Positions 38,454 to 51,914 of a stretch of 64,000 nucleotides of DNA are shown in pieces (within the stretch, counting starts at the first letter, position 1; each line of letters begins with the position of its first letter). The stretch covers positions 682,001-746,000 of the forward strand of contig NW_025767002.1 in assembly GCF_003918875.1 (NCBI RefSeq), given 5' to 3'. The position numbers were made by a program, and so were the translations under genes. Origin of the DNA: Haliotis rubra (lineage: Eukaryota). Under the pieces are notes generated by a model. The model made no database searches. It saw only the letters and a program-made list of their open reading frames with translations, and had not been told where the DNA came from.

Positions 38454-38940
38454 GACCGCCTCCGTGGTGTAGTGGTTAGAGCGTCCGCCCGGAGAACGGA
38501 AGGTTGCGGGTTCGATCCCCAACCGCGTCATACCAAAAGACGTTAAAATATGGTACTTGTTGGTCCCTGCCTGGCGCTCGGCATTAATGGGTACAACAAG
38601 GACTGGTCGGCTCGGAGTCAGTATAATGTATCTGAGTGGGGTATTCATGCTTCACTGCGGCATGGTATCTCAGTGGGCTAGCACTATAAAACCAGCTTAA
38701 GTCTGGGCTAGTACAAGCAGCCACACATACGCATGCACGTCGTCATAAGAGCGAAATAATCTTAAGTACGACGTTAAACACAATCTCATCTCATCAGACT
38801 CAAGTCTGGGCTAGTACAAGCAGCCGCACATACACATACACACGCATGCACGTCGTCATATGAGCGAAATATTCTCAATCACGACGTAAAACCCAATTTC
38901 ACCTCACCTCACCTCACCTCACCTCACCTCACCTCACCTC
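38454..38940 (+). mobile_element. Family C SINE, full length, with two consecutive 3' ends
   Basis: GACCGCCTCC start; first tail (TCTCA)n near 38790, second tail (CTCAC)n; possible TSD AACATGA. Confidence 0.92.
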
Positions 38941-39157
38941 AAAGAACATGATGGTCAATTTCAGTCCATACTTTGCTTTGCCTAGCAGTGTACGTATATG
39001 GCATGTACTTCAGGACTAAATATTGATGTAAGAGACGACACAAATGTTGAAGTGTTAGTTAATCTCTTTTACTTTATGAGTATTGACACCCTATCGTTTG
39101 TCATTCTACCCCTGGTGTAAGATGCTGTGAGCGTTATATTTACATCTTGGTTTTCCA

Positions 39158-39348
39158 GCGACTAACGGGATCAGGTGGTCAGTCAGGCTCCATGACTTGG
39201 TTGACACGTTATTTTATCCCAATTGCGTCGATCGATGCTCATGCTGTTGACCATTGGATTGTCTGATCCAGATTGGATTATGTACAGACCGCCGCCATAT
39301 AGCTGGAATATTGCTGAGTGCGGCGTAAAACTAACCCACTCACTCACT
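39158..39348 (+). mobile_element. 5'-truncated family B copy
   Basis: GCGACTAACGGGATC...GCGGCGTAAAACTAACCCACTCACTCAC. Confidence 0.88.
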
Positions 39349-39873
39349 ATAACTTAAATATTGCTCACGGGACTTAAATCACCCAATCAAACAAATGTTC
39401 CGGAGAGCCGTATTGGTTATGTCAGCAAGGACATTAATTGGTCTAGTTAATGTCGCCGCTCTCACTGGGAAGTAAGTACCGCGTCTAGACGAAACTAGGG
39501 TCATTTACAAACCGCTGTGATGTAGCTGCAACGTCGCCAAGGACGACAGGTCGCTACGATACTGCAACACTGCCGGCGACGTCACGAAACGCCATTAATT
39601 AAGTCACTCACTCATTCACCTTTCGTGGCATAGTGTGGGTGTGGAATTATGTTTGGTTGTATAATGTCAGCCGCACAAAGGTCATGTGATCAAATCGCAT
39701 CCTAGTGTGATCGATCGTTCCATGTTAACCGACATGTCTACTGCAGTACAAAGAAAACTCCGGTAGTTTTGCGAGAGAAAAAAACATATTAACCTTGGCT
39801 GGATCATTCGTGACAGACCAGTCTTCTTTAGCAATATTGGTTCGATGTTATGTTTGCTCGTTCGTCGTTTGAT

Positions 39874-40667
39874 GGCGACGGGGTGGCCTAGTGGTTAAAA
39901 CGGTCGCTCCTCACGCCGAAGACCCGGGTTCGATTCCCCACATGGGTATAATGTGTGAAGCCTACTTCTTGTGTCCCCCGCCGTGATATTGCTGGAATAT
40001 TGTTTAAAGCGGCTTAAACCAAACTCACTCGCTCGTTCGTCGTTCATTGCCAAAGTGAACCTTATTCCAGTTTGACGACCTACTGTGATTAATAGTCTGA
40101 ACTGGACAATCTAGCGATTGATATAATGAGCTCTGATCAGTTACGCAATCATCCACGTCACAGATCCAGGTTGTCCGATTCATCAAGTTGTCTCTTATTA
40201 TAAGCAAAATGAGTCAGTCAGTGAGTATGGTTCTACGCCGCTTTCAGCAATATTCCAGCATCATCACGGGGACACCGGAAATGGCCATCGCACATTGTAC
40301 CCATGTGAGGAATCGAACCTAGGTCTCAAATTAATCTCGGAGGATGGCCGGCCAATCCACCTTGTACAAGTATAATTTGCTCGGGAACCCGGAAGCGCCA
40401 TCTGCAAGAACTGTAACATTTTGTGAATGCTGTTTTTGTTTGTGTTATTCATAACTATTGCTGGTGACCAATTTCTAACTAAGAATTCCAAGAAAGTAGG
40501 GGCGGTGTGGTAGACAAGTGGTTAAAGCGTTCGATCGTCACGCCGAAGACCCGGGTTCGATTCCCACATGGGTACTATATGTGAAGCCCATTACTGGTGT
40601 CCCTCGCCGTGATGTTGCTGGAATATTGCTAAAAGTGCTAAAAACCCAGTTTACTCACTCACTCACT
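39874..40667. mobile_element. Three family A SINEs (+39874-40030, -40210-40326, +40499-40666)
   Basis: Consensus matches; TSDs GCTCGTTCGTCGTT and TCCAAGAAAG. Confidence 0.9.
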
Positions 40668-40832
40668 CCAAGAAAGCATTGAGCTGGGTTTCGCAATCCC
40701 CGTTCTATGGGGATTATGTGACAAAAATGAATTCCCGTACTTCTTTTTTGACAGAGAAGACTAAACTGAGAATTGGTTGGTTAAAGTGAGTGACCTTGTT
40801 GACCGTTGTCATGGTACCCCGATGACGTGATC

Positions 40833-40962
40833 AGAGACTAATGCTTAGTCTCTGAATCTATATAATTTTGATAGTAACAAATAAACCCATTTTAAATTGA
40901 AAAGATCCCCAGTCAGATAGGAAATCCCTTTGAACCTGAGGCAATCTAGACTTGCTTCATTA
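40833..40962 (+). repeat. Dispersed repeat homologous to 62739-62860
   Basis: Shared AGACTAA.GCTTAGTCTCTGAAT.TATATAATTTTGATAGTAACAAA...GAACCTGAGG.AATCTAGACTTGCTT. Confidence 0.85.
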
Positions 40963-43279
40963 ACCCTTTTCCGATCGAAACTGTGAGTGTATGGAAGTGG
41001 TTACATATCATTTATGCACCAATAGAACATCAGAAAATAACCGAAACTGAAAAAGCTAGACAAGTGGTTAATAGCTCGAGCAGCGATCACGTCAGTGTGT
41101 CCCTGAACCACGTTATTTCCCCACTGACCAACCCTCCCAGCAATGCTGAAGCCCTTAAACCTTGGGAAGAAAACGTGGGTCATTTGCATATTTAGAGAAC
41201 CATTACCTCCGGCCTAACCAGAAAAGCAATGGTTCACAATGCAATACATAACAGAGCCACAGGTGAGCTGTTGCACTCAAGGTCGGATGGTGACAGAAGG
41301 ACCGGAATCACAAAACGTCCTTAGCGTTAAGACTGTCGTAACTCAAACGCCGACAAAGGCCGGCGACAGCCGCGGCAGTTGGACCCTTGGAAACAAAGGG
41401 TCAAGGTCATGCGTAGAACCACGGCTGTCATAAGTGCATATTAAAGTTAACAAGTTACGACAGTTATAGCACTGAGACCGCTTTGTGAAACCTGCTGTTA
41501 ATCGTTATAGCATCCCGCTGTTAAAGAAAGTCTTCAGACCCAAAAGTCTCTCTGACAAGCTCTGCAACCTCGTCATGGTGATGCTGCGAACGGCCGCATT
41601 CAGTCTTTAATAAACCATCCAATGTGTACATTGAAATAATACCAATAAATATTGTTTGAAAGCTGGGATGAGGGTGTGGGATTTATTGCCCTTTCGTGGC
41701 CCTTGACCCCTATTGCAATCCCCAGTCATCCCGAACAAACATCCCGCTCACGTTTAATTAAGCATTACTATACGTAGATCAAAGAATCGCCGTACAATAA
41801 CAGGAACGCAATGAAATCATGGGCTATATGGCGGTTAATGTCCCCGAAATGGCCTCTTCATCATTGAGACGACATGTGCAACTACAACAATGCTTTATCA
41901 ACGTTGACAGGTCGACGATGACACATGTATGCAGGGGGAGAGGGCCTGGGGGTGGAGTCGGCGGGTGGGGTCACAGCTGCTTGTCGATGCATTGTAAGTT
42001 AAGCGTAGATGTAGAATGCCATTGTCATCAACAATTGATGACGTAGAACACAGGTGAGGACTAACCGATGTTGTCACCTATTAATGGGTTTTTTGTCAGT
42101 TTATTTGGTCACAGTTGGTCAGTTGGTATTGTGAAGTTGATGTATAAAATAATGAACAATATCAAAAATGGAAAATCAAATATTTAACCACCAAGCTAAA
42201 GTGCATTAAGATTAATTAGATATTTTTCTATACATCCATTATTGATATTTCTTAAATGTTTTTATGTTGTATCTGTACAAATGGTACCTTTTAAAATTTT
42301 ACTTTATATCATAGCGTTGAATGTAAACTGTTTTTACTGCGAAAATATATTAATTTTGTTCCATTTGTTATTGGACATCTGCAGCAGCCTAACAAAGCAT
42401 ACAGTCGATGTATCTTTAGAGCCAACACAAATGGATGCCTTTTTGATTTTGTGAAGCAGATATCAGCCATCAGAATCAATATATATTTACACATCACATA
42501 CTCCGATAGATAAGTGTTTATACTCCAGGTTGCCGTGGCCAGTTAAATATATATTACTGAGGAAGACAATGTATGTACATATAGAACGCGGATTATACAG
42601 GGTGTGTGTTTATCGCTTTTACGATGTATTAACTTTTCATGACACTATTAGAGGACGGGTTGAACTAAGTAATTACCATTATTGAATTTTTACTTTGAAA
42701 GTTGATTTGAGTCCTTTTCACATATTGTATGTGTTTTCTAGCGTGAAGAGGCGTGTGTTATATACGGCAATGAATAGAAACCGTATCAAGCATTCCGGTG
42801 CACGCAATGGCGACTTCCTCTGATGTTGTCCGACACGCAGATATTTGATTACTTTTGCTAACAGTGCTCACGTATTAACCAATCTCGTATTTGTACATCT
42901 GTAGATATTATTTGTAACTGATGAAGTCTCCGAATCTGCTCAAGTCATCCATGCGACTATAACTGTCATGGAGGACAGCTGTTTGTTTCAAATGATTCCT
43001 CTGTACACTGAGTTAATATTGATAACGTAATATCTCCATTGTGTCGTGCCGTGCACAAGGTAAACGTTATACTGAAGTATTGTATTTTGATACGGTGTTA
43101 TTACGGGATCATATGGCGGTGAATTTGCATGTGTACTAATAATGCTGCAATTTAAAGCTTTTAGATTCACCTGTCATTCGAGTAGAACATGATCAAGTAG
43201 TCAGTTTTTCTAATGCACGTGTTTATTTATCCTTCAACCTGTCCCGTTGGGAGGTGGTGAACCGAACTTCTGTATGGGA

Positions 43280-43645
43280 AGTGAGTTTAGTTTTACGACG
43301 CCTTTAGCCATATCATGGCAGGGGTCGCCAGAAACACATAGTGCCCATGTGGGGAATCGAACCCGGATCTTCGGTGTGACGAGCGAAAGCTTTAACAACT
43401 AGGCTACCCCATCACCCCGAGAGATAGTTTAAGGTTTGTAGTCATTTTGGTGCCTTTGTTCAATGGGTGTCGTTGTACTCCGACAGGGTTGAGCGTTCAG
43501 ACACTCTTATCTGGTCCAGATTCGATGATTCTTAAGCCGCCATGCCCACTTGGGTACAATGTGTGAAGCTCATTTCTGGTGTCCCCCGCAGTGATGTTGC
43601 TGGAATATTGCTAAAAGCGGCGTAAAACCAAACTCACTCACTCAC
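43280..43645. mobile_element. Two family A SINEs (-43280-43418; 5'-truncated +43544-43644)
   Basis: Second copy has TSD CTTAAGCCGCCATG. Confidence 0.88.
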
Positions 43646-43795
43646 TTAAGCCGCCATGATTTAGTAAGTGTTTATGACTGCGGCGTATAATAACATTTAT
43701 TCTCTCGGTAGCTTCAACCTCTGCTATCCATCTAAGGGTAACTGCTACCGTCCATGCTTATATCAACCGGAACACGTGGGCAGTGGGCGTGTTAC

Positions 43796-43936
43796 GACGT
43801 AAATTGTAATAAAAACGTAAATTGTAATAAAAATTGACGTAAATTGTAATACGCAGCTTGTAATAAAAATTGACGTAAATTGTAATAAATTTAGTTGCGG
43901 TAAAATGTAATAAATATTTACGTAAATTGTAATAAC
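43796..43936. repeat. Short array of ACGTAAATTGTAATA
   Basis: About 5-6 copies at irregular spacing; may be transposon subterminal repeats. Confidence 0.8.
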
Positions 43937-44184
43937 AGTTTTAATCATTCATAAATACGCGTGTGTTCATTTTTCGTTGCATTTCATACATCATATAAGC
44001 TTGTTAGGGCGATAACTCAAGAAAGAAATGATGGATTTTGTTCAAATTTGGTACCAAGGTACTGTCCTCTGTATTATGTTTTTTTGGCGTTCTATTCCAC
44101 ACCTTAGTGGCGGTGGGTTAGCCCTGGGTAAGGCGTTCTTTTGTCATGCCGAAAGCTCGGGTTCGATTTCCCACGTGGGTACCA

Positions 44185-44870
44185 TCTCTTTCTATCCATC
44201 ACATCTCTCTCTCTCCTTACCTCAACCTGTGTCTCCCCCTGTTCATCCACCACATTTAATATCCCCCAATATCTTTAGCTGTTTTAAGCTCTGCCTCTCT
44301 ATCCAGCCAATCTGTCTCTCGCCCTTTCCTTATCTGTTTCTTCCTCTGTCTCTCTATCCAACATATATATCTCTCCTTTATCGCTATTTGTTTCCCTGTC
44401 TCTCTACCAAAACCCACCCCTCTCCCTCGTAATCTCTATTTGTTTCCTTTGTCTCTCTATCCAGCCCATCTCTCTCTCGCCCTGTATCTCTACCGGTGTC
44501 TCCCTCTGTCTATCCACCCAACCTGTCTCTCTCCCTATTCTTTATCTATTTGTCCAACATAAACTATCCACGACCTCTATATTCTGTCACATCGCTTTAT
44601 CGGTCTCTGTTTCTGGCCACTCTCTCCAATGGAAAATTGAAAGACGCAAAGACTTGCTTATTATTATCGGCGAATAATACACTGTATAAAATTCCAATCT
44701 TCACCCCCTCCACACCTAACGACCCATCCTTCCTTCCATCATCCCTCTCCAACTCCCCATTCGTCCGTCACATTCCCTCCTTTATCTGTCTCATCCTCTC
44801 CCACTCTCTCCATCTCTGGATCCCTCTCGCCTTCCAACATTCCTCCCATCCTCTCCTTCTCTCTATCTTA
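44185..44870. repeat. CT-rich low-complexity tracts
   Basis: TCTCTCTATCCA-like degenerate units. Confidence 0.7.
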
Positions 44871-45037
44871 ACTGACTGACTGAGTTTGGTTTTACGCCGC
44901 TTTTAGCAATATTCCAGCAACATCACGGCGGGGGACACCAGAAATGGGCTTCACACATTGTACCCATGTGGGGATTCGAAGCCGGGTCTTCGGCGTGACC
45001 AACCAACGCTTTCACCACTAGGCTACCCCACCGCCCC
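44871..45037 (-). mobile_element. Family A SINE, (TCAG)n subfamily
   Basis: TSD CTCTCTATCTTAA. Confidence 0.92.
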
Positions 45038-46102
45038 CCTCTCTATCTTAAACGCCAACAATGTACGTAAGCAAGGAACCACAGGAGTACAATAAAAACT
45101 GCTTGACCAACACATTCTTTAAAGTTTCCAGTTGGCTTTAATGGCTATTTTTCACGCAAGGCTGACACAAAGTTTCTACGGAGACAATGTACCTGACTGC
45201 GAGCTCATTCACTGGGGACAATAACTCGGTACATATGCCAGGTAAGTTTGGTTGGAAAGGCCACGAAACACGCAGATACACCGGAAAGCGTATCTGTGGT
45301 GAAATGTATAAACGACTTAGAATGTCCGCGAAACGGTGACACATATGGTTTGCTTCTTACCAGCGTGTCTTAAAAGCCGTTTGGACACGCACAAACTGTA
45401 AAGTCGTGCCTGCTAGATTCTCGCTAAACTCTCTTCTGTAAGGAATCCATTAGTGTCGCGGCCTAGCCACTAACCCAGCTGGGCCCAGGTGGGCTTTGGG
45501 GGCAGGGGAGGGGAGGGGGAGCTAGCGTTAACCACATTTTCTTGTAATCAGACCGAATATCACCTGATGCACGTATGTTGTCAACAATGCTCCTAGGAAC
45601 GGTGACCATGATGTATTAGCTAATGACCTTCAAGGTCACACCAGAACACGTGGGGCCAACTACAAGAATGTAGACTTTTAAATGTAAGGGTGTAGGGGTG
45701 AGGGATGGGTTTACCCGCATACCCATACCTGAATTTACCTGTAATCAGCCTCATGCAGACGTCAACGACCCTTCTCCTTCCTCTGAAGTGACATTCAATA
45801 ATTTATTGGGAGACATGCCAGAATTTAAGACGGGGCCTTTATCAGATCATTGGTGCACATTTTCTCCCATCTCGGTCCTATTGTTCGCTAAACTATGGGT
45901 GATGCGATTACCGCATTTACTGACGTGTGATTATGTTTGCCACACGATGTGTTTAACGTTGTCAGTGTCAACGTCGTCGACGACTCTTCCACAGCACGAC
46001 TCCACTGCACCTCAACACAACGCCTTTGCTCCAGGTCCTTGAAGGAATGGCTGTGAACGCTTAAAAGAATTCTTGCGTGTTGTGTACGTAGCAATATAAC
46101 TA

Positions 46103-46268
46103 CAGTGGACTCCCTCTAATCCGACATTCCCTGTAAACCGACATATTTATTTGGTCCCGAAGTTGTCCCTATATAATATCATATAAGAAACTCCCTCTAA
46201 CCCGACATCTCTCGAAACCGGCATTTTTCGACGGTCCCGAACGATGTCGGTTTAGAGGGAGTCCACTG
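46103..46268. mobile_element. 166-bp pogo/Tigger-like MITE
   Basis: TIRs CAGTGGACTCCCTCTAATCCGACAT / ATGTCGGTTTAGAGGGAGTCCACTG, TA flanks, internal copies of the TIR motif. Confidence 0.9.
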
Positions 46269-46406
46269 TAACAAAGAGCATTTACTTCCGTAAGTTACAA
46301 TACTGATACAGGACATTTAAACAAGTGTCAATGCACTCATATTGCCATGAGGGGGTAGTTCAATAGCATTTAAAACCTCACTCAACCTGTCAAGCATTTT
46401 CTATGT

Positions 46407-46571
46407 CTGACTGACTGAGTTTGGTTTTACGCCGCTTTTAGCAATATTCCAGCAATATCACGGCGGGGGACACCAGACATGGGCTTCACTCATTGTACCC
46501 ATGTAGGATTCGAACCCGGGTCTTCGGCGTGACGAGCCAACGCTTTAACCACTAGACTACCCCACCGCCCC
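46407..46571 (-). mobile_element. Family A SINE, (TCAG)n subfamily
   Basis: TSD CATTTTCTATGT. Confidence 0.92.
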
Positions 46572-46604
46572 CATTTTCTATGTAATATATTCATATCGTA
46601 TGGA

Positions 46605-46851
46605 GACCCGTGAAGGTCCGGGTTAGAATGAACCTTCAGTAACCAATGCTTGTCGTAAGAGGCGACTAACGGGATCGGGTGGTCAGGCTCACTGGCTTGG
46701 TTGACACATATCATCGGTTCCCAATTGCGCAGATCGATGCTCATGCGGTTGATCACTGGATTGTCTGGTCCAGACTCGATTATTTACAGACCGCCGCCAT
46801 ATAGCTGGAATATTGCTGAATTGCGACGTAAAACTAAATTCACTCACTCAC
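46605..46851 (+). mobile_element. Family B retroposon (full length, variant head)
   Basis: TSD TCATATCG(T/G)ATGG; head GACCCGTGAAGGTCCGGGTTAGAATGAACCTTCAG. Confidence 0.92.
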
Positions 46852-47611
46852 TCATATCGGATGGGAGAAACAACGCTGTCGAATGTGATATTTTAATCAG
46901 CAGACGCTGCGGCGTATCTTCTGATACCGTCACAAAAGTTAAGCCGGAAGGTGCAGCTCCCATTGAATTTGGAGCCGAATAGTTCATCCGGGATTACCGG
47001 ATTAACGATAAGTGGGACAGTAGTTACACCCCCCTTCAGCTACAAATAGACGATTCCAACAGAAACATCTGCAGAAGACGTGAAAAGTGAAGTTTGATGA
47101 AACAGGGTCACACGTTGGGTTCAATATTATGGCACTTATATTGCGCCCTGCGTGCGAGCCTGCGTGCGTGCGTTTGTGTGTGTGCGTGTGTGTGTGTGTT
47201 GGGAGGGGGGAGATACGTTGCTTCAGTTTTAAATGTAAACCCAACTCTAACTAAGTATACATATTCCAAGCCGACCAGACCTTGTTCTATACCCTTAATG
47301 CCAGGAGCCAATATATATGGTTTTTTTAAAAAAGCTCATTTGGTCTTTGTACTTAAAATGTTTATAAATGCAGAGTTGATGTCTCGTTACTACTATATAT
47401 ATACTTCGGTATATGGCTGAAATAATGCCGATGTGACGTAAAGCCCAACTCAACTCAACTCAACTCAACCAGAAGCCGAGCAGGGTAACAACAAGTACCA
47501 TCTGCAAGAGTTGTATGCTCCCCAAGGAGTTGAGATTGACAATACGATGTGCCGTTGAGATTGACATCCAGTGAACGTGGGAAAAACAAAGCGCGCTTGA
47601 GCAGAGCTGGA

Positions 47612-48487
47612 NNNNNNNNNNNNNNNNNNNNNNNNNNNNNNNNNNNNNNNNNNNNNNNNNNNNNNNNNNNNNNNNNNNNNNNNNNNNNNNNNNNNNNNNN
47701 NNNNNNNNNNNNNNNNNNNNNNNNNNNNNNNNNNNNNNNNNNNNNNNNNNNNNNNNNNNNNNNNNNNNNNNNNNNNNNNNNNNNNNNNNNNNNNNNNNNN
47801 NNNNNNNNNNNNNNNNNNNNNNNNNNNNNNNNNNNNNNNNNNNNNNNNNNNNNNNNNNNGTATGTAGGTAGGTAGGTATGTATGTATGTNNNNNNNNNNN
47901 NNNNNNNNNNNNNNNNNNNNNNNNNNNNNNNNNNNNNNNNNNNNNNNNNNNNNNNNNNNNNNNNNNNNNNNNNNNNNNNNNNNNNNNNNNNNNNNNNNNN
48001 NNNNNNNNNNNNNNNNNNNNNNNNNNNNNNNNNNNNNNNNNNNNNNNNNNNNNNNNNNNNNNNNNNNNNNNNNNNNNNNNNNNNNNNNNNNNNNNNNNNN
48101 NNNNNNNNNNNNNNNNNNNNNNNNNNNNNNNNNNNNNNNNNNNNNNNNNNNNNNNNNNNNNNNNNNNNNNNNNNNNNNNNNNNNNNNNNNNNNNNNNNNN
48201 NNNNNNNNNNNNNNNNNNNNNNNNNNNNNNNNNNNNNNNNNNNNNNNNNNNNNNNNNNNNNNNNNNNNNNNNNNNNNNNNNNNNNNNNNNNNNNNNNNNN
48301 NNNNNNNNNNNNNNNNNNNNNNNNNNNNNNNNNNNNNNNNNNNNNNNNNNNNNNNNNNNNNNNNNNNNNNNNNNNNNNNNNNNNNNNNNNNNNNNNNNNN
48401 NNNNNNNNNNNNNNNNNNNNNNNNNNNNNNNNNNNNNNNNNNNNNNNNNNNNNNNNNNNNNNNNNNNNNNNNNNNNNNNNNNNNNNN
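47612..48487. other. Two assembly gaps separated by a 30-bp (TAGG/TATG)n island
   Basis: N runs 47612-47859 and 47890-48487. Confidence 1.
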
Positions 48488-49482
48488 AAAGATCGGAACC
48501 ATCGACCTTCCTCTCTCTGGACAGGCCCTCTATCCACTACACCACAGAGACCGTTCCGTATTAACGAGGTCCGGTCTAACGAGGGTCATTGAACATGCAA
48601 GTTAATCCCAAGTACAATTTCCCCCCTGAGAAAACCGCCGTAATGTATTGCCATTTATTAAAACCTAATCCGGGCGTTATCCCGTTATACGGCAATTTGG
48701 GGACTACTTCCACGTGAACAGCGCCACCTATGTTCTGTCAGAGCGAGGCTTGCGAGGGATGGGGACACGGCGTTCTGGTGACATGTCTACTTCATCAGAC
48801 ATACAGGAAACATGGTCGCAGGCGGAAGCCTGGGAAACTCGTCCAGTAGATGTCGTTGAGAAAATGTATATGAAGAGAAACACGGCACTTCGTCCTCGAT
48901 GACGTCTCAAATGAGACCTAAGGTTGTTAGGCCAGGTGTTATGTTGTTTGTTTTAGTGAGGGAGGCTTATATTGTAATTTATAGATTGGTTTTTATGATA
49001 ATTGTGTTTTGTGCTTTTGACGTTTATTTCTATAACAAATATAAGTTTAAATTTGTGATTTAGAAGTAGTCTGGCCTGTATGGCCCGGGTTTAAGTGAGG
49101 CAGATGTACATGTTGTTTGACGCCGCTCTCAGCACTGTTACGTCAGTGTCACAGCGGCTTGGAAGGCATTCAATCTGGCTCAGACAAACCAGGGTGTTAG
49201 CAACGTCCCACGTCGTCGAGGATGACACACGTAAACATGGATTACCGGTCCATTTGTATCGTCGTTATACATCGTCTGCCACGGCAAGCGACTTCCCGGG
49301 CGGTTGATAGACGATTGCCTCGGTTGACGCATGTCATCGTATCCCTAGATCGATGTTCATGGTGTCAGTTGGTGGACTAGACGTGAATCGTTGCTCATGA
49401 TTTCACTCACTGGTTTTGTCCCCGCCTGAGCATGTCATTTAACAGTGAGTGAGTGTGTGAGTTTAGTTTTAGCAATCTTTTA

Positions 49483-49932
49483 GGTGGTGTAGCCCTAGTG
49501 GTTAAAGTGTCCGCTCGTCACGCCGTAGGCCCGGGTTCAATTCCCCACATGGGTACAATGTGTGAAGCCCATTTCTGTTGTCCCCCCACCGTGTTATTGC
49601 TGGAATATTGCTAAAAGCGGCGTAACACCACACTCACTCACTCTGAATTAACTGTCCCCGACCGCGTCATACCAAAAGACGTTAAAATATGGTACTTGTT
49701 GGTCCCTGCCTGGCGCTCGGCATTAATGGGTACAACAAGGACTGGTCGGCTCGGAGTCAGTATAATGTGTCTGAGTGGGGGTATGGTATCTCAGTGGGCT
49801 AGTACTATAAAACCAGCTTCAGTCTGGGCTTGTACAAGCAGCTGCACATACACATACACACGCATGCGCGTCGTCATATGAGCGAAATATTCTCAAGCAC
49901 GACGTTAAACCCAATTTCACCTCACCTCACCT
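49483..49932 (+). mobile_element. Family A SINE (49483-49642) followed by a 5'-truncated family C SINE (49655-49931)
   Basis: C copy has TSD CTGAATTAACTG. Confidence 0.9.
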
Positions 49933-50374
49933 GAATTAACTGAATTTGAATTGAACCCACCTGAAACCAAATGAAAGCACACTTCACAATCGTTGCCAAA
50001 ACAATTATTTCAGGAGTCATATCAGATTATTTAGATTGTTATGTACGAATCATTAGGTGGTGGAATGTGTACAATGGTATCTTTCAATTGTCTGATTTCT
50101 GCTAATTGGGGTCAGAGAGCTCTTCATTTCCTCAATAAAACAGTCAGCCATTCATGGAGATGTCATAGCCTTGTCAGCAATTTCTTCCTGAATCTCTCAC
50201 GTAGTAATAAATTACTAAAATGACCCACTCCGTTTATTTTTGTTTGATCTGTCACGTGTGACATCAATATATTTTTTCTATGGCGGTAATTAACCTCAGC
50301 CGTGACTTTGTCAGCCTCCCGCCATCAGAAGCCATAACCATACAGAGATGCATGCTGGGAAAACTGCGAAAGAA

Positions 50375-50413
50375 GTCACGTGATGCGCAGAGCGCAGTAG
50401 GAAACATGGCGGC
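50375..50413 (+). promoter_or_regulatory. Housekeeping-promoter-like motif cluster
   Basis: E-box GTCACGTGA, NRF1-like TGCGCAGAGCGCA and YY1-like AAACATGGCGGC in tandem in a CpG-rich patch. Confidence 0.35.
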
Positions 50414-50966
50414 CCCCACTGTTGTGGGCGGTGGGTGGTTGTGCTCGCCACTGAGTATCGCCGGAATGAGCGTGGAAAGCACGGCGGCTGTGACCCGGGA
50501 AATACAAGATTAACACTGTGTCAGGATTCTGATAAACCTGCCGCATGACCTCGCGACACAGGGGGTAGAGCGTACCGCAACTTCGTTTCATTGACCAATC
50601 TCAATTTATCGACAACTTCAAATTGTACGACGTAAATACTTACCACAAAATTGATATTTAAAAAATTGTTTTGTTATTGTTTAAAATTTAAAACACGTCC
50701 TTATTGGCTTACGTCCATTACTTTAAACAACACAAATAAATAACATGACGGTTCGGTCCCGGAATTTTAACTTGGTTGATTGTTTCGAATCCCGCATAAC
50801 GTTTTTTCATGTCCCCACGACTTTGACACAACGAGGTTCACTGACTAGTTGATATGTTATTGTTTAAAGTGTTTTTCTAAAGTTTCCAAACGGATAAAAC
50901 AGCAGTGGTGCCTTGTCTCAGTCTGTACGTGAGAGTAGTCAATAGTCTTTGAGAGGAGGGAATTAA

Positions 50967-51175
50967 ACCCTAGAAGATCCGAGTTAGAATTGAGCAAACC
51001 ATGCTTGTAAAAGGCGACTAACGGGATCGGGTCGTCAGGCTCGCCCATGTCAATTGTATAGATCAATGCTCATGATGTCAGTCACTGGATTGTCTGGCCC
51101 AGACTCGATCATTTACAGACCGCCTTCACATAACTGTAATATTCTGTGTACAGCATTAGATTACAAACAAACAAA
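50967..51175 (+). mobile_element. Family B copy, diverged, (AAAC)n tail
   Basis: GAAGATCCGAGTTAGAA...AAGGCGACTAACGGGATCGGG. Confidence 0.82.
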
Positions 51176-51914
51176 ATTCCCAACCCTAAATGACTATAGG
51201 GAAAATATAAGGTAGACCGGTCGAGTATTTCAAGACTGTAGCAGCTACACAAACTCAGCAAATGTTTTCAGGATTAAATTAAGTCATAAAAACCAACCGT
51301 ATAGATATATCATTATGAATAACAGTCAATTCAGTCACAATTCAGCTTCAGACATCAATCAATATATTTCCATTGGGTGCGGCCTGGGCTTGAGTAATTT
51401 GATTCAAAAGTACAGCAAAAGTTCTTCCAACCTATTCCTGACCAACTTAATGTTTTCGGGAAAATTTAATTTTAAGAAATAAAGGACGGGGAAAATGTGG
51501 TCCACTTTGGCATGCTGTTACATATCGTAATCTTCACAGCCAGAAATACGATGCGAACAGCTAGAAATAAGAACCAAATTTGGGGAATGCTAGGGTCAGA
51601 AAGCATTTTCATCCCTTGACATGATTTTCCGTGGAAAGGAATGAAAGTTCCGGTGAAGCGAGGGGTATTGGTACAATGTGCACTAACAGATTTATGCTAA
51701 CAACTGCCGCTCTTCTCCAACCAAATTAACCATGAAGAGGTTTCAAACGTGCGCCAGACTTGGAACAACTGCATGCATTCATATCTGATTGGTATTTGGA
51801 GATTAACATAAAAAGGTTCCAGTATTCGGCATCTGATAAATGCTTTGAAGTGGATCTTATACACTGGATAGAAACGTGAACGTCACACGACTTGAGTCTG
51901 GGGAAAGAATCGGA

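Noticed and set aside
38454-38530. Genuine tRNA genes (heads of families A and C)
   Set aside because: They continue into SINE bodies with tails and TSDs, lack a T-run terminator, and have imperfect cloverleaves
47455-48605. Long ORFs in the ORF track
   Set aside because: Artefacts of N gaps
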